DNA of 35,838 bases, from positions 3,564 to 39,401 of the forward strand of contig NW_014040464.1 of assembly GCF_001186125.1 (NCBI RefSeq). Reading direction: 5' to 3'. Under the pieces are notes generated by a model. It saw only the letters and a program-made list of their open reading frames with translations, made no database searches and was not told the DNA's origin. This DNA is from Sphaeroforma arctica JP610. Taxonomy: Eukaryota. The position numbers and the translations under genes are program-made. Positions 23,201 to 34,866 of this stretch are shown piece by piece; positions within the stretch are counted from its first letter, which is position 1; each line of letters begins with the position of its first letter.

Positions 23201-25270
23201 CCCAGAAGCAAAGACAGCGCTTGCCATAGGCGGTGGGGACACACCAAACATAGAAGAAGCGGTAGGTGCATGTGAACCCATGCTCGCATCCGAAGTTTGC
23301 CGACTAGTCTCTTGCGACTGATTTGCGCCTAATTGTCCGATATTGTACGCAGGTTGATTCGGGGCGGGTTGACCGATGGAGGGCGCGTCGTACTGCGATT
23401 GTTGAGGATCTGTGGCAAACGGTGGGGGCGCCGAGGTGAAGTACGCACCCGCACTGGGTGTATTGAACATCGACTCAGCTGAGGCTGTTGCCTGTGTATC
23501 TGATGGTGTACTCTCCATGCTTGTTGCTGTGGACTGTCGGCTAGTCTCCCGGCACACGTCTGCGGCTGGAGATGCACTCGTTAACTCTTCTTCTGCTGCT
23601 TGTGAGTCGGAATAGTCAGTGGCTACTTCGCTATTAAAAAGCCCTCCCGACGCCATCGGTGGTGGAGGTCCAGATGTCCGGAATATTGATGCTGCAGACG
23701 GGTTGTTCTCTGTTATAGAGCCTGAGCTGCGAGATATGTCCTGGGCTAAATCTCCCTGAGCGGACGCTGCAGGGGCACCCGAGCTAAAAAGGTTTGCAGC
23801 GATAGGCGCTGGCGGTGCCACGACTTTGGTCGAGTCAAAATGAGGGGCGTTTGGTGTGCTAGACTCCTGATTTGTCGTCCTATTCTCGTTGTCGGCAACA
23901 TTGGTCTCACCAATGCTTCTAACGGCTTCAGTAGGTGTACTAGGTTGCATAAACGGCATCATCGGGCTTTTCCCAACGACAGCTGTCATTTCATCGCTAT
24001 CATCGTCGTCATCATCATCATCATCCCCGTCATCACTAAAGACTGTATCTACGGATTGCATACTCAAATGTCTATTCATATCCCCGCCTCCATCATGCAC
24101 ACTTCCACTATCCTTCTCCGGCGTCGCTTCCGACGTAGCCGGGTGTCCACCTGCAACCGCCTCTGGTCTCGAGTAATCCGCCGATAATGGTGCCTGACTG
24201 ATCGCTGGTTCCCGATTACCCATGTGCCCTTGCATACTCGTTTGATCGGGGCTGCTACTGTTTAGTATATTGTCCCCGCCAATACTCGTATCCGTGGGGC
24301 TATCAGTTTCCCTGTTAACTACACTTGCAGGTAGTTGTTTACTGAAGCTATCGAAGAATGATCCTCCAACATCACCACTGGCATTTCCGCTACCCGCACC
24401 TGCATTACCGAGCATGCTGATACTATTGTTTGTAACTGCCGGTGTAACACCTGTATGCGAGGCCTGAAAAAAGGATCCACTCCCTGTACCCATAACACTG
24501 GTCTGGTTATAAATATTTTCTTGCGCTGAGAATGAATTTGGATTACTGACAGGTGGTGGGCCACCGAACATACCTTGTGCCGTCTGTGGCTGTGCTTGTG
24601 TCTGCTGCATGTACTGCGATTGTTGGGGCACAAATACATTGGGCAGTGTGCCATCTGCGTTCTCACTCATACCGCCATACACAAAATTGGATGCATGTGT
24701 GTTAACTGATGTAGATTTTTTTGCAGGAGATTGGGGTTTGGGAGCGGAGGGGGGTAGCTGATGCCAACTGTCCGTAGGGGACGCTTTGGGCGGGCCCTGT
24801 AGTACTGGACCTGTGGGCGTGGATGTATTGCGTTGCATCGCTGCTCTTAAGTTCATGCCCTTCCGTTGTATTGATGGTGATGGGTTGATGGGTTGTGTTT
24901 GTGTTGTCTGTTGTGGTGGTGGTGGTGGTGGTGTTTGTTGTTGTTGTTGTGCTACGCTATGGTCTGGTTGCTGTACCATGGTGGAATCACTACTGACATT
25001 GGTACTGGTTGACCCAAACATACTGCTAGTGTTATTGAGGACACTGTTGTACACAGGATAACCTACCCCTCCCGCGTTATCACTAGTATCATAGCTGCTA
25101 GTGTTCGCTGTAGCCGCGGGTGCAGATGCGGGTGCGAACATGCTATTTGCAGTCTGTGGGTAACTGCTATTGCTATTACTTTGTCCATTTTGAGAAGTAA
25201 AGGAAGCAAACGGATCTGCCTCGTTCGGATTTTTGGGCCGAAAGTAACTGGATGAATTGGTATGCGACAT
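11321..25270 (-). CDS. SEC16: COPII coat assembly / ER exit site scaffold protein Sec16, 14 exons, about 2419 aa
   Basis: Exons in transcript order: 25270-20605, 20423-20172, 19614-19513, 18957-18495, 18090-17979, 17482-17355, 16701-15957, 14873-14716, 13954-13855, 13155-12949, 12414-12349, 12041-11912, 11784-11740, 11406-11321. All introns are GT-AG with matching phases; total 7260 nt. Sec16 motifs appear in order: [86 protein letters not shown]. Exons 7-10 encode low-complexity sequence and are less certain. Confidence 0.9.
12059..12089. repeat. short interstitial TTTAGGG-type telomere-like repeat
   Basis: TTTTAGGGTTTAGGGTTTAGGTTGTTAGGGG. Related tracts at 16721-16745, 15811-15828 and 10079-10095. 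Confidence 0.6.
12629..12870. repeat. 27-bp intronic tandem repeat, about 9 copies, in a Sec16 intron
   Basis: Unit CAGACCCATACTACAGATATACATGCA with minor variants; explains the periodic ORFs 12611..12928 and 12651..12989. Confidence 0.95.
14905..15295. repeat. 26-bp intronic tandem repeat, about 15 copies, in a Sec16 intron
   Basis: Unit TGTGACTACATACCATGATCAGGTAA, with recurring variants (CCATTGATCAGGCAT; GGCTACATACTATG). Confidence 0.95.
20605..25270 (-). CDS. SEC16: Sec16 exon 1 (4666 nt): disordered P/S/A/T/Q-rich N-terminal region up to the start of the central conserved domain
   Basis: Matches ORF 20534..25270 up to donor CCAG|GTAAG at 20605/20604, which splices to [19 protein letters not shown]. 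Confidence 0.9.
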
Positions 25271-26517
25271 GGTTATAGCGCAACAAACCTCACAAAACTA
25301 CAATGAACTAGGTCTGTGCCACTACCGCCATGTACTAGAGGTAAAATAATACAACTATTTGGTGTGTACTCGCATTTGACATAGACGGTGTACCCGTGAG
25401 TGGTACAGTTACAGATATGTAATCATAAGCGTCGTTGACACCTACTCGTATGCCGTCTGTCTTCTTTTAATCTGTCAAGCGGCGAGAAGGTTGATGTCAA
25501 ATATGCACACAATCACACACACAAAAGAAGAGAAGGAGAGAGGAAAGAATCGGCTTTTCTTCAAACCCCCAAACATAAAAACAATTTGCCATAGATATAT
25601 TGATAAGTAGAACATCATTGGCCCTTCGCAAAAATCAAAATAGTAGAGGTCATGGTACAAAAACCTCTATAGCTAAAAACTATGTTTTTTAAATTTGATT
25701 TGAAACCTCAATTTTTGATATTTATATGGGTTTTCTCAGAGTGCACCATGAAACTCTCTATACGGGTTTTTTCACAAAACAAACCAAAACTTGTATGCAA
25801 ATATTTGGTACATACAGAAAATCTCACGAACACTAAATACACAACAGAGAGCGAAGACCAAAACTCTTTTGGTGTAGCCAGGAGCCCGGGACATGCAAAT
25901 ATATATTTCTAAATGTTTTCGTTTATTAAAAACATACAACAAAACAGGATGATGTCGTGAACTATTAACCACAGTTAAAAATATCTGGAAATAAGTGGGC
26001 TTCAGTTGTTTTTTTCCTCATTAAAAACAAAAATATCACTAATCCTCATCATTCGGGCAACCAATCAATGCGATGCACTAAGCCCGCTCAAATTGGGCGG
26101 GATCCTAAATCTCACAAGCTGCCTGAGAGTTGTCGCTGAGGCTCTGAATACAAATTTTGTAGTCCAAAAATATGTAATAATTAAAAAATATGGTTTGAGG
26201 ACGGATTTGATGCTTTGAGGTGTATAGATAGATGGCTTCGATAGTAAAAGTGACTGAAAACGAGTGGATATATATATATCTTTGTGTCATAAAGAACATG
26301 AATGCATTGTTCGAACTAGCTTCGTACATATCCTGACGGTCGAGCTTAGATATTTGTATCGCAGATAAGCAGGATATGGTTCAAATAGGTGTTCAACAAT
26401 TTTAGGTGTGCGGGTGTAGAAAATATATAAATTTATCTAGATATATATATATATAACTATATAAATATATATATATATATGGTCCCCACGAGAGACTCGA
26501 CGTACAAACTACTTACT
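25271..26517. promoter_or_regulatory. shared divergent upstream region (about 1.25 kb) of Sec16 and the Claspin-like gene
   Basis: Head-to-head ATGs at 25270 (-) and about 26518 (+). AT-rich, with CCAAT at 26061-26065 and an imperfect palindrome CCCGCTCAA-A-TTGGGCGGG at 26083-26101. Promoter function is inferred from position only. Confidence 0.5.
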
Positions 26518-29500
26518 ATGGGTGACGAAAATATAAACACTGCCAACGCTCCTCAAGTGCAAAACAGAGTGAGCGGCAAACAGGATACAAACGATCCACT
26601 CGGCACTACAAATGATACATCTAGCACCCGAATAATTCCAGGGAACGATGTAGACAATGGCGTATTCAACCGCTGTACGCCCATGGACGACGATCAGGAA
26701 GACTCGGCTGAAGACGATGACGACGAGGATGAGGAAGAAGAGGATGAAAAGGATTCTGATGAGGGTGTTGTGCCTATGGTTGAGGTCAATAGCGGTATCT
26801 CACCTGATATGCAAGAGAAAGAAGACACACAGTCAGACTCGGCCATAATAGAGGACCCTATTTATAGTTTGGATGTATCGGATAAAGTGTTAGTGGAGAC
26901 CATATCTGTAGAGGCTGTGTCTATTGCAGAGGAGAGGAAGGGCAGTACGTCTGTAGTGAATGCAACCAACGGCGGGGAGAAGGCGATACACGACGATAGT
27001 TCCGAGGACGAGGATGAGGATGATAATATGAACGAAAGAGACGCAGAGAATGTGAAGCTCACTAGTGGTGGTAGTAGCAAATCTGAGAATTTAACTGGTT
27101 CAAGCGGCAAGCAGCCTGTTACAGCTGTGACTAATACTATGGCTGAGATTGCGGGAGAGAGTTCCGAAGATGAAGGTGAAGATGAAGATGAAGATGAAGA
27201 TGAGGATATGCAGGTCAACCCAGTGCAGAGTCGCGCAGAGAACGATGGAGACGATGCAGCTGATGACCTGAACGGTGAGAAAGTGAAAGATGTTGAGATG
27301 AAGAACACAGACACACCAGATAAGATGGAGGATAGTGTATTTGAGGAAGGCAATCAGGGTGAGGACAAATCGCCGAGTGGTACGAAGCCAAACGTGAGTA
27401 GTGCTGAGAACCACGATATGAGACCCACGAGTGTGGATGGGAAGGCAGTTGATATGGATATGAATAAGGATACGAGCAAACCGAACGAAGGTGTCGGTTC
27501 AAAGACATCTGCGAAGACTGATGCCAGTGGCTACTTTACCAGTGATGGCGAAGACGACGACGAACCTACCCAATCGGCCACAGCTAAGGTCAAGGGAACG
27601 TCGCACAGCACACCAGTGGACAGTGAAGCAGATGACACGAAAGACCAAGGTGGTGAAACAAGATCATCGAAGGAGAGTGCGAGGGGGAAAGGTGCACCAA
27701 ATGTAAGCGATGGGGAGGTGAGTGGCGATGAGGCCAGCCATGCCAGGGAGTCTAGCGGTGACACACGCGCGAGTGTGAGTGCGAGTAAGATAGACTCGCA
27801 CAGGCGAAGGTCCAAGAACACGCGTACCAAAGCCTCGAAGAGTACACGGAAAACATCGACGGATGCAAGCGACTCGGATGCGGGAGATATGGCGAATGGG
27901 ACTGCCGTACCAGCAGGTAGTAGTAGTGCAGAGGAGGGTGATAAGGAGAGTGTGGCCGCAGGTGCGGAAGGGAAGGCAACACAGAAGAAGAGAGAGTTTG
28001 CCAATGATAGTGCGTTCAATAAGGGGCTTGAAGATGGGTTGTTTGGGGGGAGTAGCAGCGAGGTGAGTTTATGTTCGCACACACACACACGCACGTGTTT
28101 GGATAGTATGCGTACGCGTATGCGAGGGAAATGATTAGTCACACGTCTATATGTTGTTTGAGCTCATGTCACATAAGGGGTCACTTCTAGTGTACAGCAT
28201 ACTCAGTATATGAACATCACACTTAAACCATACAGTGCACATATCACCTGGTGTACTGTAAGCCCAAAACGCATGCACGTGTGCACGTACCATGCATCCA
28301 ACTCAAAGACCCCACACGATAGAAACACGCGTCTTGTACATGCACATACATGCCTCAATTCTCGTTTCGAACTTAAGTTTATGGCGAAGTGTCTGGTGAC
28401 TTGAGGTGCTGTTAGTTGTAATGGCTCGGTATGCTCTAGTATTCGCAGTAGATCTACATGCCTGTGGAGTGGTAACGGCCATATCTCCGTGAGTTCTGTT
28501 ATGTTCGCTTTCTTACGGCGAAATGTCCAAATGGGGAGTTGGCTTACACTGTCATAATGGTCTGGGTTTGCCAATGACTGTAGGTTCTCCTCTCGAGGGG
28601 TTTTACTGCGCTAAACTGGTGCAACACTGACGGCAGTCAATAACACATTCGACTGCCTATTGTGCACACACGCGTTAACGGTTGCGATAGCGCCATGAAT
28701 CTACAATACCCTTCGAACTAACCCAGTTTCCTTTTGCATATCATGTTATCTCCGCCAGGATGAACCACTACCGAGTGTCCAGCAGGTATGTTCCGTCAGA
28801 TTCGTACATTACAAACCGTTTTCATATGCGTATATGTGGTGGTCTGACAGCGTACCTGCATAAGTTTGTGAGTGTGTTCTCGGTTTGATTTCATAACTAA
28901 TATTTGTGATACCCTGTAACAGATCTCTTCATACTACTTTATGTGTGCCCTTCCCTATTGCCTGTATGTGTATGTGTGTATGCGCAATTCTTTACGCATT
29001 TAGCAGCTGTTCAACCTAGGTGCTTGACTCGGTTTGAATAGGCGATCGATGTAACAGATGTATACCAACAATGGAGTCGTGCTTTGCGCTCAGACGTACT
29101 TGATATATGTTGCTCGTGCCTTGAGATCATATCAATCCAACATCCAATTCAATATTTTCATCAAATATAGACACATCAATATATATATATAAATGCCATT
29201 CGTTCTATTGTACGTATATGCTAGCCACCATCATTTGTGTTGTGGTGCATGTCATGTCGTCGCTGTGTATGATTATGAGTTTTCTATCTTATTCAACCCA
29301 CACATAGGCTTCCGGGCTATATGCTCTCTGCGCACATACATATCACCGTATAACCGTGGTTTACCCGTGCATATGTTTGGAGGTATATGCTCACTGCGTG
29401 CGTTGGTATTGTCGTATCCGCCATATTGCCTCAAGTATAACACACTCCCTTTCTTGTGCGTAGGCCCGTATTAAGGTCGATCAAAACCAGCTGGCAAGAG

Positions 29501-32500
29501 ACCACCAACGAATGATTCGGAGTAAGTACACCATGAGGCCGTTGTGTCTCGCACACAGATGGATGTACGTCGTGGACTTCGGTTAAAGTTTGCATATAGT
29601 GCAACACTGTAGGTAGCACTGTTTTGTATATACAGATCATATACACAGCTTGTCTTCGAGTACGCATACACTTTTTAGTTTTATTAGTATCTGTACAATT
29701 TTCGGCTCACACACGCACCTACGCAAACGCAAGCTCGAAAGCTCGACATGTATTACATTCTCTTGCTCAAACGTCCTTCCCAACCCTGGCACATACAGCC
29801 TCGGGCAGTCTGGACATGGTGGCAAACACCGCAAAGGGGTTTGGCTCGTTACTGGAGCGCCTCAGAGCTAAAAGGGAAAATAAACAAGCAAATGCATCTG
29901 TGGCCAATGACGCACAGAGCCTTGACAGGGGCGTTCCTGAGGACGGTTTCCGCAAATTTCAGCCCAAGCACAAAAGCCATCTGCTGAGTCTATTTGGGAA
30001 GGGTGGCACTTCTAAGAGTATGTGTGTTGCGATGGTGTACTTAACCATTTATGATTTGTATGCGGTACATTGTGTGCTTAATTGAGCGCGATGTGCTATT
30101 GATCGAGTCTACTCGATACCTTATGTTTTGAGAAGGTTTGACATTTATGTTCAACCAAACTAAAATTCTGACTCCGGAGCTGTATTTGCATTCCGTATAA
30201 TAGCACTGATTGTGTAGTGTAACCGTGTGTAACGTATGTGCTCGGCCACATAGGAAGGAACGCATGTTCCACTATAAACCGGTCGATGAGGCGCCAACGC
30301 TACAATACCGCCTATATTACTATTGTGGGTGGTGCTTTTAATACAGGTTCGTTGTCTCTCATTAGCGGAAAAGGGTGAAGTGTGTATAGCTGTTGAGGAA
30401 GTATTGGACAATCATACCCTTTTCCGTATATATTTAGCAGTAGTCTTTTCAGTATCCATTCACCAGTAGTCTATCAGTGCATACCTTGACTGTGTCGCCC
30501 GTGTACTTGCGCATTTTATCATTGTTCTACAAAGTTAAAAGGTTAAAAGGTTAAAAGCAGTGTTTGACAGCCCCGCATGCTAGTCGTGTGTATCCTCATT
30601 GTACCTTTTGCATACGCAATCCCACCATCGCCCTACAGGCATGAGCGCAGTCATCGAAACGGCGACAACCGAGACACTAGAAGTGGAAGCTGGAGAAGAG
30701 ATTGAGCTACTGCTCATGAAAGCTGCCAAGAAGAAGATACCTCGCGCGCGGCTACAACCGGTATGGGGTCACTGAAGCATACTCGGTCGAAGTTTGTGGG
30801 TGGTGTGCCTGTATAAATACGCACACAACACGTGCTTTATGAGCGAAGGTGACTTTCTGAGGTCTGGGGGGGGGGGGCGATTCGAGACTTTTTCAATTCA
30901 TACACGCGCACAGAAGTTCAGCCTGCCCTCCACCTCCACCGTCACGCCTGAGCTGATTGTAGCATCACTCGCTCGGACAGAGCCTTAATTACACACCAGT
31001 TCACTCAGCACGCGTGTCTAATTAGTGACCCCAACGTCCCCATGCATGTTGATACGTACTGAGTATTACTTCTGTTTTCCTTCTCCCCTACACTCGTACA
31101 GAAGTTCAGCGTGCCTTTCAACATCACGTCTGAATTGGTCATTGCCTCTACGGGCAAAGAAGAGACTCCCACGCCCGAGAAGAAGTTTGATATTGGCGGC
31201 AAACGTAGGGCGCTCAAAAAGCATCTGTTGGCCATGGCGGCCCAATCAAGGCATGATAGCTTGTTCTGGTTTGTTTGTACAGTGGTTTAATATGAAATTA
31301 TTAACTGCTTTAGCTTGAAAGATGCGAACATATGGTTGTTTGTTTGTTTGTATTGTATTGTAGTTCGATATAGAAGCGTTGTGACTGGAATGATGCGGGT
31401 ACATAGATAGCTGAGTTACCTCGGTTGAGTCTGCCCTGGCGAGTGATAACTTTGAATGAGCAGTGATGTGGTCTAGAGGCGCGAGTTACTGACCTAAAAC
31501 TCTCTGCAACCACACAGAAACGGGATGCGGAACGAAGACTATATGGGTGACTTCCAGGACGACGAGGAGATGCCTGAAGCGGGCGAGGAGGAAAGTGATT
31601 TGGACTACGATGGCGATGAAGATGTATGTGCTCCTGTGTTCTGGTGTAGTTTGTAGACATACATTGTTTTGGTAGGTTTTGGTAGGGGTTGAGTCTATGG
31701 GATAGTCTGCATATACCATGTGATGCTCGTCACTGCTGGCCACGGCTGGTGCGACGCATGGTGCACTTGTGTCTCCTTTCTGTCTGCAACACGTTAAAGT
31801 TCATTTTTCGGTACAACTACATTGGAATCGATCACCCCTTCACCCCTCTCTTGTGCATGACCCTTTATCTAGTTTGCTATATATGGTACGCCAACCACAG
31901 TAGCACCAGGCAATTATTGTGTACAAGACAATGATTGAATGCCGAAGCCCTCGCACATGGGTGAATGCCCAATCGTTCGTTGTGTATATGAAGCATTCCG
32001 CGTGCCGGCCGTTGGAGAGGCTGTTCGTGTATTCATTTCATCGTCTTATCCAACGCATGCCCAGGGTGACAGTGAAGAGGAGGTGGTGGAAAACGACGGC
32101 GATGGGAGTGCCACGGAAACTGAGGAAGTTGGTAGGTCACATGTACATTCTATGCGATAGATTCGATGCTTTGGTTTTTTGTAAGCTTGATTAGGAGTCC
32201 TTTTGTGTAAGCTTGATTAGAAGTCGAAGCCTACGCGGTACAGACATCCTGGATGTCTTCTCATGCACGGTGTGAGAGTGGCCCTGATACCTTGTGTTTT
32301 CGTGTCGAATCCGCAGATGAAGATGAGGAGAGCTCAGTGAACGAGGACGTCGGGATGGCCGCCAAGGCGAAGGAGCCAGCGAGTACTTCGGAAAAGGTGT
32401 GTATATTGTTCGATGACAGGTGTGGGTGTGTGGTCCTGACTTTGCGCATACTGTGCCGTATTGAGAATGTGTAGCATCTGTATTCGCGTGACATGCATCT

Positions 32501-34813
32501 CTGTTCTGAGCCAATTCATGTTCATTTTTTTTGGGCATGTATAAGATCGAGTTTCCACTCCCATTCAATGTGGTGTCGTGATTTATCCCTCTTGGCTGAA
32601 TACCTACGTAGTTAACGCCTCCATCCAGATGATGCACTCAATCCTTAGTACTACCACCTTAGTACTACCACCTTAGTACTACCACCTTAGTACTAACTCC
32701 TTAGTACTACCTCCTTAGTACTACCTCCTTAGTACTACCTCCTTAGTACTACCTCCTTAGTACTATCTCTTTGGTAATGTCATACTATGTATACAGCCTT
32801 ACTATGTGCCTGCAAATACGGAACCTAACACCCGCTACTTCCCCAGCAGGAGCAGCTGTACGATGAAGACGGTGGGGTGATCGAAGAGATGGACATGGAT
32901 GCGCTCGCGTCCAAAGCACCCGTGTCCAAGGACGCGCCCACGCAGACACAAGGCATCAACACCGCACAGAGCGTCTCACACAGCAACAGCGGCGAGGAAG
33001 ACATGATGGGAGGGTTTGTCGACGAGAATGGGTACGCCATACTGAGCGTGTGTTGCAGTGCTGGGCGTGTGTTTTAATGTTGGGCGTGTGGGTGCACTTC
33101 GTGTAGTTCTGTACTGGGTTGTCTGCTGCGCACACGGCCTCTGATATATATTGGCTGTATAATTGCGGCTAAGGTGATATGTGCTGTGCGGCTTATGTCG
33201 CGGCTGACGCATTAGTATGTTTCTCACGCAAACACACACGCGTACATTTCACTTGTATATACACAAAATCATTTACATCTGTGCTATAGACATGTATAAA
33301 TCTGAATATATATATATATATATATATATAGCTTATTTCTAGACCACCTGACNNNNNNNNNNNNNNNNNNNNACATAGTATAAATACTGAATAATATATA
33401 TATATATATATATATAGCATTTCTGACACCTGCAATCGCCTTCTACATCCCGTTCCGCCATACAGATACTTTATCTCGCAATCGCAGGGCCCAAAGGATG
33501 CGTTAGGAGGTCAGCAATCAACCCACAAGAAACCCACACACATCGCACAGAACAAGTTCAATCGCTTGCCTTCGGGGCTGTTCTCCCAGTCTCTGTCTAT
33601 GGATATGAGTGGTTCGTCACAAGGCTATTCGCAAGGACTGAAGGCGTCGCAATTGCAAAAGTCGGGCACACAGACACAAACACAGGCGTTAGGGTATGCG
33701 CACTTCTCTATTGATGATGTGCTATATATAGTCCACTTCTCTATTGATCATGTGCTATATAATGTGCTATTTAGTCCACTTCTCTATTGATGATGTGCTA
33801 TATATAGTCCAATTCTCTATCGATCAAGTGATATATAATGTGCTATATAGTCCACTTCTCTATTGATCATGTACTATATAGTCTTTCTGGCTGTGGTGTA
33901 ATTTGGGCTGCTTATTAAAGTTATATCGGCCGCATGTAGCTTGGAATACCGAATGCTCTTAATGTTTCGTATGCTTAATCTCGTACTTGTATTTGGTCTG
34001 TGACCAGTATTAAGTGTTGCTAACAAGCATACGCTACTAACCACTCGCACACTGCGCAGGAGTCAACTACACCTCGATGAGGGTGGGAGCCAGATGAACC
34101 TGAGCATGGCCTTTGGGCAATCAGGGCAGTTCGTCTCAGCTGCTACAGCTAAAAGCACCGCAAAGGGTGCCGAATCCGACAAGGCGCTTGATAAGAATGT
34201 GGACACCGACACACAGGGCACCATGCCAACGGTACCTAAGCGTACCAAGAGAGGGGGAAAGACGACGCAACACTACGAGCCAGTACTATCTCAGTCACAG
34301 GCGCCGTTGGGAGAAGAGTTTGTGTTGGGCAGTGATAGCCAATTTGGCTTGAGTATGGCTTTCGGTCAGTCGGGTGAGGTTCGAAAGGACAGTGGGAGTG
34401 TGGGCGATACGCAGGATGGTAACCATAGCAACGCCGATAAGCTCCCTGAGGAGCTCATGCTGAACACACAGAACGAGCTGAATCTCAGCATGGCCTTTGG
34501 AACCACCCAGAACAACGACACCAGTGAAACTCCGAAGTTATTCGACTCCGTGACCAAGGAGAATCCCTTCAACTTCAATGGCCAGAAGAATCTGAGTCAG
34601 AAGGAGAGTGGCGATACGATCACGTACGATGAAGAGGAGGAAGACGATATGTTGGAACGTGCGGCGAAAGGAGAGCGCATGACATTCTCGCACGCACTCG
34701 ACACGGCGAGCAAGGAGGAGGCGAGCAAGTACTTCAGCGACAAGAGTGACGACGACGAGATTCAGGATGTATGTACCAGTGTACACACACACANNNNNNN
34801 NNNNNNNNNNNNN

Positions 34814-34866
<53 letters not shown>

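Noticed and set aside
20646..25061. Many plus-strand ORFs antisense to Sec16 exon 1 (and minus-strand ORFs 26862..27353, 27531..28142 antisense to Claspin exon 1)
   Set aside because: Shadow ORFs of long low-complexity coding exons.
27518..27545. beta-TrCP phosphodegron as in vertebrate Claspin (DASGYFTS)
   Set aside because: Does not match DSGxxS and lies in Ser/Asp-rich sequence where near-matches are expected by chance.
26479..28134. Stand-alone 551-aa acidic protein
   Set aside because: It is exon 1 of a spliced gene: strong donor GAG|GTGAGT at 28062 and phase-consistent downstream exons; the ORF tail is intronic.
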